Below the pieces are notes generated by a model. The model worked only from the letters and a program-made list of their open reading frames with translations. It was not told the origin of the DNA and searched no databases. From an uncultured Clostridia bacterium (lineage in GTDB: Bacteria; Bacillota; Clostridia; Christensenellales; UBA1242), in assembly GCA_944383915.1 (NCBI GenBank), contig CALWRJ010000010.1:139828-203827 (forward strand): a DNA stretch of 64,000 nucleotides. Direction: 5' to 3'. Position 1 is the first letter of the stretch. Each line of letters begins with the position of its first letter. Shown here one piece after another: positions 18,726 to 27,283 of this stretch. The position numbers and the translations under genes were made by a program.

Positions 18726-18798
18726 AGTAGTAGTTTATTTTATTTTTGATTAAATTATGCCTGTTAAATTAAATATGGCAAGTAATTTATACAACAAA

Positions 18799-18897
18799 GC
18801 GCGAGCGTGCGCACCGAAGGTGCGTGTGTTTGCCAAAAAAACCTGCGGTTTTTTGTGGCAAGCACTTGCGCCTATTATATAGGCGCCACGCTCGCGC
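18799..18897. other. 99-nt GC-rich four-way-junction (cloverleaf-shaped) inverted-repeat structure
   Basis: Closing stem GCGCGAGCGTG/CACGCTCGCGC (11 bp) encloses three hairpins: CGCACC-GAA-GGTGCG, TTGCCA(A)n-TGC-(T)nGTGGCAA and GCGCCTAT-TAT-ATAGGCGC. Confidence 0.6.
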
Positions 18898-18905
18898 TCA
18901 ACGCA

Positions 18906-20192
18906 TTATTCAACACGGAATGCATCATAAATAGTAGTAGGATAACTGTAATTTGTGCTGTCAAGTTCTAACACAATTTGATAAATACCATTTCCCGCAA
19001 CACTATACGCAACAGATGGTGTGCTGTTTGAGTTTACGCTGTAATGATAATACAAATTATTTACAGTGCAATCATCTGCAACATCGCCTAAAAACTCAAT
19101 TTCAACCGATACGCTCTCCCCGTCTGCAAGAGTTATAACAGTTGGAATAACGCCCGTAGTCGATTCAATAAAAGTTACTTCCCTTGTGCTTTCGTCATCG
19201 GCATTAGTTACAGTGATTTTCACATTGTAATCAGTGCCAAGTTCCAAAGCCTTTTTGTAAACATTGAATGTTGCACTCATTTCAAAAGCATTTAAGTTGT
19301 TTGTACTTGCACCGCGTACAATAATTGTATAACTACCAGCATCAAGATTTGCATAAACTTTTCCCTCGCCATCTGCAACGATTTCAGTTTCAGTGCTGAA
19401 AGTGTCGTTTGTGCTTGTCGCGTCACTTGTTTTAATGTAGTAGTACGAAATACTTTGTGCGTATTCACTATCAAGCGGAATAGCGCCTAAAACATTTGAC
19501 TCAACTTCCCAGCCAAGACTCAAATCAAAGTCATCGCCGTAAGTTACCGAATTGATGCCTTTGTAATTAAAGAAATCACCGTTTGCAAGGCTTGAATAAT
19601 CTGCCTTTTTGATTTCAAAGTCTATTATTAGGTCTTTGTCGTTGTAATTTTCGCCACCGTTAAGGTGTACTTTTACAGTGTAACGACCTGCATCAGTAGG
19701 TGCAGTTGTAGAATATGTGTCATCGTTAGCACCAGCAACTTTGTATTCAGGAACATTTGCAGAAATTCCCGCTGGCAAAGTTACATTGCTAAACAACGAA
19801 ACATCTTGTGGTTCGCCATTAAAAATTCGCGTTATCGCACCTTCATAAAGGCTGGTATCAAAATCACCTTTTTCAACCCTAACTTCAAAGCCCGTGGTCT
19901 TGCCTTCGTACGAAATAGTTATCGTCTTTGTGCCGACACTATCAAATCTAATTTCGTCAGCAACGGCGAATGCCAAATCGTAAGTACGAGTCGAACCATC
20001 ACTGTAATTTACTTGAAACTTACCCCCTGTTGTGTCAAGAGTTTGTCCAACTTTATAGACAACAACATCAGGATTTTGTGAAACACTAATACTCGAAACA
20101 GTCGGCTCCTCGCCACAGCCTGCAAGCGCCAACACGCCTACAAACATTAGGCAAAAGCAGAGTGTAAAAGACAAAGACGCTAACTTATTCAT
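18906..20192 (-). CDS. lipoprotein with repeated Ig-like/beta-rich segments
   Basis: Signal peptide plus lipobox LALAGC. 428 aa, Thr/Ser/Asn-rich with repeated ..Y.V.V.. beta-strand patterns. Confidence 0.55.
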   Translation of the reverse strand: MNKLASLSFTLCFCLMFVGVLALAGCGEEPTVSSISVSQNPDVVVYKVGQTLDTTGGKFQVNYSDGSTRTYDLAFAVADEIRFDSVGTKTITISYEGKTTGFEVRVEKGDFDTSLYEGAITRIFNGEPQDVSLFSNVTLPAGISANVPEYKVAGANDDTYSTTAPTDAGRYTVKVHLNGGENYNDKDLIIDFEIKKADYSSLANGDFFNYKGINSVTYGDDFDLSLGWEVESNVLGAIPLDSEYAQSISYYYIKTSDATSTNDTFSTETEIVADGEGKVYANLDAGSYTIIVRGASTNNLNAFEMSATFNVYKKALELGTDYNVKITVTNADDESTREVTFIESTTGVIPTVITLADGESVSVEIEFLGDVADDCTVNNLYYHYSVNSNSTPSVAYSVAGNGIYQIVLELDSTNYSYPTTIYDAFRVE

Positions 20193-20633
20193 AATACCCC
20201 CTAATAATAGCGTGCGTAACTATTTAAAAAGTATGCGCAACGCAAGATTACTTGCTTATATTATAACTAATTTGCCCGCATTTTACAAACGATTTTCGCC
20301 TTATATCGCAAATTTTCGCATATTTTTTTAAAAATTTTTAAAAGCGCGCAAAAAAAATTATAAAATTGCAAGTAAAAAAGGTGCGTGGCTCTATTCTATA
20401 CTATATTAATTTCATTAACTACATAATCAAAATTAAAATTAAATTTAGCATTATATTATTGTATATCATTTATTTTTAAATTTAGCATTTTAAATTTATT
20501 TACTTCGCCTTTAAAAAAGAATGCTTAAATGAATTAAAAAATTCTGTTTCAGTTTTTAGCCAAATTAAATTTAAGCGAACTATATAAAACAAAAAAGCCC
20601 CGTATAGAGACTTTTCGTTTTTTAAATTTAAGT

Positions 20634-20873
20634 TTACGCAAGCACGGTTGGCTTTTTGTAAACCAATGTGCAAATTAGGTCGATAAGCCAGCAAATAACA
20701 CTACCAGGAATTATCCATAAAATACCTACAACCCACATCAAAACATTGTTTGTAGAAATGCCTTTTACGATACGATAAATACCGTATACCCAGTTTAAAA
20801 CAGGCAAACAAAGGATAATCTTAACTATCCATGGCATATCGTCCATTGCAGAAACAAAACCATTTTTCGCCAT
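20634..20873 (-). CDS. small two-TM membrane protein
   Basis: 79 aa with two hydrophobic helices. Confidence 0.4.
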   Translation of the reverse strand: MAKNGFVSAMDDMPWIVKIILCLPVLNWVYGIYRIVKGISTNNVLMWVVGILWIIPGSVICWLIDLICTLVYKKPTVLA

Positions 20874-21058
20874 AATTTGCTCCTTTTAACTTTTTAAGAG
20901 CGCTTAACTCAAAATATGTGAATTCACATATCACGAGTATTATAATACTATTTTATTAAAATGTCGAATAAATATGACAAATTTTATCAAATTTTACACA
21001 CAAATTTATTTTGTCAACCTTAAACCAAAAAAGAAAAGCAAAAATATCAATTACTTAG

Positions 21059-21087
21059 TTGACTTTATAATTTTACTATGCTATACT
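21059..21087 (+). promoter_or_regulatory. sigma-A-type promoter of tRNA-Ser
   Basis: TTGACT-17 nt-TATACT with TGc extended -10, 67 nt upstream of the tRNA. Confidence 0.55.
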
Positions 21088-21153
21088 CATATCGTTAACT
21101 TGCGAGAAAGTATTTGCTAGACACAACTAAATAAATTATTTAATTCGACTTAT

Positions 21154-21244
21154 GGAGAGGTACCCAAGAGGCCGAAGGGACGTCCCTGCTAAGGACGCAG
21201 TACGGGAAACCGTAGCGAGGGTTCAAATCCCTCCCTCTCCGCCA
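21154..21244 (+). tRNA. tRNA-Ser (anticodon GCU)
   Basis: Acceptor GGAGAGG/CCTCTCC, anticodon stem-loop CGTCC-CTGCTAA-GGACG, long variable arm, encoded CCA. Confidence 0.85.
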
Positions 21245-21254
21245 TTAGTGAATA

Positions 21255-21292
21255 ATACGAACTCTGGAAATTTACTGGGGTTCGTATTTTTT
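21255..21292 (+). terminator. Rho-independent terminator after tRNA-Ser
   Basis: ATACGAAC..GTTCGTAT followed by TTTTTT. Confidence 0.65.
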
Positions 21293-21524
21293 AGTAGAGA
21301 TTATTTTGGAATTGTTTATCTTCTTTACCAATCTAAAATTTAGTTTCAGTTATATGTAAAATTTAAAAATATATTTAACAATAGGTAATATATTAAATAA
21401 TATTTTAGTTTAAATTTTCTATTATTATATGTGAAACATTCAAGCTTCAATATAATAGTAGCGATATATTAAAAAATCAAGCAACAAATAAAGTGCTTGA
21501 TTTTTTATATTTAAATTCTATTGA

Positions 21525-22511
21525 TTAGTCAATAAAATCCAAATCATCAAATTTAATAGTATTAAAAATATGTTCTCTATGATATTTCATATATTTCTCA
21601 GTTCCTTGCTGTAATCTATAAGCCTTTAATTCAATAAGATTTAATCGAGATTTGTTAAGATTTGATAAAAATGGAGAAATAAGTAATCTTCCATCTTTAT
21701 CAAAAGTTATAAACCCTAAATCAAATAAAGTATGATATGTAGGTGTCAGTACAATGCCATTTTTTACATCATATTTTTCATCTTCGTCACAAACACAATA
21801 AGGTTTTACATGACATGCTACCAATAACCTATCATCTGAAACATTCGTAATTAAGCAAGCCGGCATTTTTTCAAGCAAAGACAACCTATATTGCGTTTGC
21901 TTTTTCCTATATCTTTCTTTTACTATTTTTTCATTTTCGGAAGATTCATTATTAAGCGTAGCTAATTCATTTTGCTCATCTAAAGCTTCTCTTTTTGCAG
22001 GATCTATATAGAAGATAGGTTTCATATAAATATATCGTTTATGTGATTCATTATCTTCCAATTTTACAAATGTGATTACAGTCATCCTTGGCAAACAAAT
22101 ATTTCTCAAATGTGCATAATTTTGTCTATTTTCTTTATTAGGATATAATACCAAATAATATCTATGGCCACTATCATATGTTTTCTTAAAATATACTTTG
22201 ATTTTATCAAAACTAATGCTATTTGTTTCTTTTACTTTTTCTATATATAAATTGGAAATATTATGCTGATATTCTCTAGAAGGATTTTCATATTCTTCTT
22301 TAGCATCTTGCAAATAATTAACTAAATCTTCTTTTAACATAAAAAAGCATTCAATATTATCCAATTCAAAAAATTCATCTAAATCTTTTTCATTATTTCC
22401 TGCATATAGTCTCGCTTCTCCCACGCCTGTTGTGCCAGCTATTTTTAAGGATCTATCAGCTGCTGAATCTACATAATTTATATCTATTGCATCTAATCTT
22501 TTAAAACTCAT
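21525..22511 (-). CDS. HNH-family restriction endonuclease (putative R subunit)
   Basis: 328 aa. C-terminal ..CLITNVSDDRLLVACHVKPY..DVKNGIVLTPTYHTLFDLGFITFD matches the HNH_2-type nuclease pattern. Lies 9 nt downstream of the methyltransferase genes with an AGGAGG RBS. Confidence 0.7.
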   Translation of the reverse strand: MSFKRLDAIDINYVDSAADRSLKIAGTTGVGEARLYAGNNEKDLDEFFELDNIECFFMLKEDLVNYLQDAKEEYENPSREYQHNISNLYIEKVKETNSISFDKIKVYFKKTYDSGHRYYLVLYPNKENRQNYAHLRNICLPRMTVITFVKLEDNESHKRYIYMKPIFYIDPAKREALDEQNELATLNNESSENEKIVKERYRKKQTQYRLSLLEKMPACLITNVSDDRLLVACHVKPYCVCDEDEKYDVKNGIVLTPTYHTLFDLGFITFDKDGRLLISPFLSNLNKSRLNLIELKAYRLQQGTEKYMKYHREHIFNTIKFDDLDFID

Positions 22512-22520
22512 ATTTACCTC

Positions 22521-23660
22521 CTAATCCAAAGCTCCAGTTTTTAAAATTTCCCTTATTATAGCCATCATAACATCAACAACTATTGAATTACCAGCTTGCT
22601 TAAATATTTGTGTAGATGATACAACTATCTTAAAATTATCAGGGTACCCCATCAATCTTAATGCTTCTCTATCAGTAAGCGATCTAATTACTTTTTCTTT
22701 TCCATTATCACTAACTGTTATATAATTATCAACACCAGCTCTATGGTGTTGGGTCATTGTTCTTAATAAAGTTCTAGCAATCTTTAAATCAATTTCTATA
22801 GATGTTTTAAATGATTTAGTCCCCTGTTTTAAAACATAATCTCTAACTTTTGGTGTTAGATAAAATTTTTTATCAGGAATCCCTTTTGATTTTTTGACAA
22901 TCAATTCTCCGCTTTTCTTATCATAAGAAAAATCGCCATATCGACAATTATCTTCCAAGAAATCTTGCATTGAATATTTTAAATTTTCAACACCAATTTT
23001 TGGCGGATATTCAAACGCCTTTGCTTGTATATCATTTCTAATACCAATTACAAACAATCGTCTTCGATTTTGGGGTATTCCATAATCTGCTGCATTTAAA
23101 ATTTGAGGCTCGCTTATATGATAATGTAAAACATTTTTAAAAATGTCTCTCATTTTTCCCCATGTCCTACCTTTGTCGTGTGTGATCAATCCCCGCACAT
23201 TCTCATATATGAAAACCTTAGGTTGAACTTCATCTAATATTCTAGCATATTCATAAAACAATGTACCTCTTGCATCATTCAAACCACCTTTATAACCAAC
23301 AGTTGAGAAGGATTGACATGGACTCCCTCCAACTAAAAGGTCTATTTGTCCTCGGTAATCTCTTCCATCCAAAAACCTTACATCCAAATGAAAATCATCT
23401 ACACTTATATTGTAATTAGCTAAATAACTTTGTTTTACATAATTTTGTTTTTTACTACGTGAATAAAGTTTATCTACATATTTTTTCTTTTCTAATTTAT
23501 CAGTCATAGAAAATATTATTTTTTTTTCTTTTTCAACATCAAGATCTATATCAATATCTCCATTATCACAAGCAAAAATTATTTTATGTTCTAAATTTAA
23601 TCTTTTTAATGCTTGCTCAATCGCACCTATACCACTAAATAAAGTCCCTAATCGTATCAT
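22521..23660 (-). CDS. DNA (cytosine-5)-methyltransferase 1
   Basis: Motifs LFSGIGA (I), GGSPCQSFS (IV), ENV (VI), QNRRR (VIII), GNS (X). Confidence 0.9.
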   Translation of the reverse strand: MIRLGTLFSGIGAIEQALKRLNLEHKIIFACDNGDIDIDLDVEKEKKIIFSMTDKLEKKKYVDKLYSRSKKQNYVKQSYLANYNISVDDFHLDVRFLDGRDYRGQIDLLVGGSPCQSFSTVGYKGGLNDARGTLFYEYARILDEVQPKVFIYENVRGLITHDKGRTWGKMRDIFKNVLHYHISEPQILNAADYGIPQNRRRLFVIGIRNDIQAKAFEYPPKIGVENLKYSMQDFLEDNCRYGDFSYDKKSGELIVKKSKGIPDKKFYLTPKVRDYVLKQGTKSFKTSIEIDLKIARTLLRTMTQHHRAGVDNYITVSDNGKEKVIRSLTDREALRLMGYPDNFKIVVSSTQIFKQAGNSIVVDVMMAIIREILKTGALD

Positions 23661-24763
23661 TTTAAAACTCCAGTCTTTATAATTTCTTTTACAATCTTCT
23701 CTAATACATTTATAACTATAGAATTCCCAGCTTGACGATACATCATCGTATCATTTACAACAATCTTAAAGCTATCAGGAAAGCCCATTAGTCGCAAACA
23801 CTCTCTAGGTGTAAATTTCCTTATAACCCCTATTTCGTTATTGAAAGTACCAATATACGCTTTTTTTAAAATTTTCTGATTTGTTATTTTTTTTAACGGC
23901 TCAAAAATAAAATCTCCATTCCAATTAAACTGCTGATTCGCTTTTTGACAGCGCATTATATTACAATTTACTTGAGCTCTGCTAGAATGAGTAGTTACAA
24001 ATTCAAAACCTTTTTTACCTAAATAATATTTAGGATCAGTAGATTCATCCAAAAAATCAGAAACTTTTAATTTTAATTTTATGGGAGCAGGAAATTGAAA
24101 TAAATTGTTATCAATATCTCTTCGTATACCTATAATATAAATTCTCGGTCTATTTTGAGGCATCCCAAAATCCATTGAATTTAACACAGGAGATTCTTTT
24201 CCATTCCTATCTTTATTTATATATATGTTATAATTTAATTCACTAAAAGCATTTTTTACTGTTTCCCAAGTCCTTCCATTATCATGAGTTAACATCCCCT
24301 TTACATTTTCAAAAATAAAACATTTAGGTTGACTTTCTTTAATAATGCGAGCGTATTCATAAAATAAAGTTCCTCTAGTATCTGCAAATCCTCCTCTTTT
24401 TCCATTAACTGAAAAAGATTGACATGGGCTACCTCCAACAAGAAGATCTACTTGCCCTTTATAAAATTCGCCATCAACAAATCTGATATCTTGATAAAAA
24501 TCTTTGTCATTTATTTGATAATTTGCCTTATAAGATTTTTCCATGAAATTCTCTTTCTTTGTTTTTGCATATAATGATTTTACATAATTTTCACGTTCAA
24601 CTATATCTTTAACATTATTTATATAATCAATTTCTTTTTCGTTAATTGATATATGCCTTTCACCATTATCGCAAGCAAATATTATTTTATGATTAAGATT
24701 TAATTTAAATAAGGTTTGTTCAATAGCTCCAATCCCGCTAAACAAAGTCCCTAATCGTATCAT
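23657..24763 (-). CDS. DNA (cytosine-5)-methyltransferase 2
   Basis: Same motif set (LFSGIGA, GGSPCQSFS, ENV, QNRPR, GNS). ATGA stop/start overlap with MTase 1. Both N-termini begin MIRLGTLFSGIGAIEQ. Confidence 0.9.
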   Translation of the reverse strand: MIRLGTLFSGIGAIEQTLFKLNLNHKIIFACDNGERHISINEKEIDYINNVKDIVERENYVKSLYAKTKKENFMEKSYKANYQINDKDFYQDIRFVDGEFYKGQVDLLVGGSPCQSFSVNGKRGGFADTRGTLFYEYARIIKESQPKCFIFENVKGMLTHDNGRTWETVKNAFSELNYNIYINKDRNGKESPVLNSMDFGMPQNRPRIYIIGIRRDIDNNLFQFPAPIKLKLKVSDFLDESTDPKYYLGKKGFEFVTTHSSRAQVNCNIMRCQKANQQFNWNGDFIFEPLKKITNQKILKKAYIGTFNNEIGVIRKFTPRECLRLMGFPDSFKIVVNDTMMYRQAGNSIVINVLEKIVKEIIKTGVLK

Positions 24764-25083
24764 AATAACTCCTAAGAATATAATAATTAAGTATATTATA
24801 GCATAGTCTCTAATAAAAGTCTGGTATTTTTAACTAAAAATTTAATAATTTTTTAAAGTGACATCTTGACAAACTGCCTTTATGCAAATAATTGTTTTAA
24901 CTGGTGATTAATTAAAATATAGAGTTTGTCTAAACAGGAAGGCTCTCCGCCAGGTCTTTAAAAGCGCAATTTTGCGCTTTTTTTGTTTCGTTCGTTTGGG
25001 AGGGATTGTGCCTTCGGCTTTGCGAATTCTTGAATATTAGAAAAGTCAACGAAAAGGCATATTTTTATAATTTTAAATATTTT

Positions 25084-25965
25084 TTAACTTTCTAATTTAT
25101 TTTTTTGTACGAAACTATTGTGGAAGTTGTATATCATTTGTTTAACTTCGTTTGGTGAGATGATTTCGACTTCGCCACCGAAGCGCGTGAAGTACTGCAC
25201 GACTTGGATATATGAGCATTTAAAAGTGAAGATATCGTTCTCAATACTCGCAGGAATTGGGCGGTGGACATATATTTTATGGAAAAGTTGTTGCCCGCGT
25301 TTAGTTAAGCGGACTACGACATCTTGCTCGTTAGGTTGGTAAAAGAATTGCGGACCGTAGGCAAGCATTTTACTAAAAATTTTGATATCCTCATCGGTAA
25401 ACGTTGCGTCTTTTTCCAAAATGGCGACAGACTGAATTTTATACAATTTTATACTTCGGCACGAATTTAAATTTTTATATAAAAGATACACGTGCATCTC
25501 CTCTTTTGAGCGAGAAAAAATGTACGGCTCCATTTCCATTCTAGTTTGCTTTTTATCTTTTATGTTTACAAAAACCCTTTTGCCCTTTTTAATGGCTTCG
25601 TTTAGAGTATCAAACTGCTCCTTAAAAACGATTTCGGCTCTCATATCTTGCGGGAGTTCGGTGTACGCCACAAACATATTCCTAAAATACTCGGACAAGG
25701 ACAAATTTACAAGCAAATACTCGTCTATATAATCGATAATTTTAAAAGTTTCTTTTGTAGGCTTAAAAGAAACTATTGAATCAAACTTACCTTCGGTATT
25801 AGACGCCATTTCTTTATTTAATTTTGCCATAATTTGCGAACTTAAATCTTGAATTTTAGGCTCTAAAAAAGAAGTATTTTCTTTTAAAATATTTGATATC
25901 ATGTTTTTGATTGATGTAATCGTTAAAGGGCTAAATTTAAGCGTTGCAGACAGTTTTACTTGCAT
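25084..25965 (-). CDS. WYL-domain protein (putative ligand-sensing regulator)
   Basis: 293 aa. RVFVNIKDKKQTRMEMEPYIFSRSKEEMHVYLLYKNLNSCRSIKLYKIQSVAIL fits the WYL pattern, followed by a WCX-like C-terminus. No obvious N-terminal HTH and a weak RBS. Confidence 0.5.
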   Translation of the reverse strand: MQVKLSATLKFSPLTITSIKNMISNILKENTSFLEPKIQDLSSQIMAKLNKEMASNTEGKFDSIVSFKPTKETFKIIDYIDEYLLVNLSLSEYFRNMFVAYTELPQDMRAEIVFKEQFDTLNEAIKKGKRVFVNIKDKKQTRMEMEPYIFSRSKEEMHVYLLYKNLNSCRSIKLYKIQSVAILEKDATFTDEDIKIFSKMLAYGPQFFYQPNEQDVVVRLTKRGQQLFHKIYVHRPIPASIENDIFTFKCSYIQVVQYFTRFGGEVEIISPNEVKQMIYNFHNSFVQKNKLES

Positions 25966-26344
25966 TCACAACTACATAGACACCGAAAATATGATTATGC
26001 GCAAAGGTTCTGTTTCAGCGCAAAAAGGCGAAAAAATACTTATTCCTATTAATATGCGTGATGGTTCGCTAATTTGTGTTGGAAAAGGCAACCCTGATTG
26101 GAATTACAGCGCGCCACACGGTGCGGGGCGAGTTTTAAGTCGTATGAAAGCAAGAGAAACGCTCACTCTACAAGAGTTTGAGCACGAAATGGAAGGCATT
26201 TACTCAACTTCGATTTCGGCAAGCACCCTTGACGAAAGCCCTATGGCATACAAAACGAAAGACGATATTGTTAAATACATCTCACCTACTGCAGAAATTG
26301 TAAAACAAATTAAACCTGTGTACAACTTTAAGGCTAGTGAATAA
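25962..26344 (+). pseudogene. rtcB: rtcB RNA ligase, 3' fragment only (last ~127 codons)
   Basis: IHNYID..MRKGSVSA..G...LIPINMRDGSLI..G.GN.DWNYSAPHGAGR..SR..A carries the RtcB C-terminal HNY and HGAGR motifs. About 250 N-terminal codons are absent, with no RBS or start at the homology boundary. Confidence 0.75.
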
Positions 26345-26397
26345 TTTAATATTTAAACTGCAAGTGCAGTTAATGTGTACGCTGTTCACTCTTAAAT

Positions 26398-26457
26398 TTG
26401 ACAATAATTTAAATTTATGGTAAAATATTTAACAATAATTTAAATTTATGGTAAAAT
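26398..26457 (+). promoter_or_regulatory. tandemly duplicated promoter (31-bp duplication)
   Basis: TTGACA-17-TAAAAT (26398-26426), followed by a second copy TTAACA-17-TAAAAT (to 26457), upstream of the RBS AAAGGAGAG. Confidence 0.6.
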
Positions 26458-26481
26458 AAAGGAAAACAAAGGAGAGATATT

Positions 26482-27027
26482 ATGGTAAATATGACAAAGG
26501 TTATTCCGTTCACTCTTATTATTTTAGTATTATTTTCGTGCCTAATTTTTAGCGCGTGCGGAAATAGTAATAATAACGATAGAGTGGCGTTTATGCAAAT
26601 AACGACAAATGTTAATTGTGATGCAACCGAATATAAAGGTCTACGCGAAGGCGAAGAGTATTTTTGGGGAATTGCAAGATTTGAAGGCACTGACCCATCA
26701 TATGTTTATAATATTGGAAAAGACAGGTTCGTTGAGGGAAATACTTATTACTTAATGTTTTTTGATAGCAATGTTACAAGTATTAAAATAAATTATGCTG
26801 AAAAAATTGATGAATCTAAAATTTTTACCGTAGAACAAATTGAAGCACTTTACTACGATACAAATAACCCAGACCACTTTTACAGTGATTTATTTAACAA
26901 ATCGCATTATACAGGTAATATATTAGACCAAGAGGAAAGATTTATGCCTGTTGAAATGGGCGACCACGAAACTGTGCGCATTCTACCATTCGTTTACACA
27001 CAAAATATGTTTATTATTGTAAGTTAA
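26482..27027 (+). CDS. lipoprotein, unknown function
   Basis: Signal peptide with lipobox IFSACG; 181 aa. Confidence 0.55.
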   Translation: MVNMTKVIPFTLIILVLFSCLIFSACGNSNNNDRVAFMQITTNVNCDATEYKGLREGEEYFWGIARFEGTDPSYVYNIGKDRFVEGNTYYLMFFDSNVTSIKINYAEKIDESKIFTVEQIEALYYDTNNPDHFYSDLFNKSHYTGNILDQEERFMPVEMGDHETVRILPFVYTQNMFIIVS

Positions 27028-27283
27028 ATTAAAGGTACGCTAAATTATTAGCGTGCTTTTTTGTTCCCTTTTTGCTTTTTAGAAAAAGTGATTTAAAATT
27101 AAGTTTGACAATACTTTAATTTTATGATATTCTTAAAATCAAAAATTAAGGAAAGGTAATTTGTAAACCTAGGTGCCTTTTGGTATCTAAAAGGCTATCG
27201 ATTGTTTAATAAGTGCTAATTTCAAAATATTACTCGTCTATGGCGATTTATATATTAAAAAATTTAAGTAGGGAGAAAATGTT

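Larger units (their letters stand above)
21245..25965. mobile_element. AT-rich genomic island (restriction-modification + WYL) between tRNA-Ser and a truncated rtcB
   Basis: Base composition drops sharply by eye. Left edge is the tRNA-Ser 3' end; right edge is the break point of the rtcB remnant. No integrase or transposase seen. Confidence 0.55.

Noticed and set aside
20500-20694. 64-aa minus-strand ORF downstream of the small membrane protein gene.
   Set aside because: It overlaps the 3' end of CDS 20634-20873, lies in AT-rich terminator-like sequence, and has no RBS.
21245-25965. The island as a prophage or integrative element with its own integrase.
   Set aside because: No integrase, recombinase, transposase or phage structural gene is present, and I found no direct repeat of the tRNA-Ser 3' end at the right boundary.
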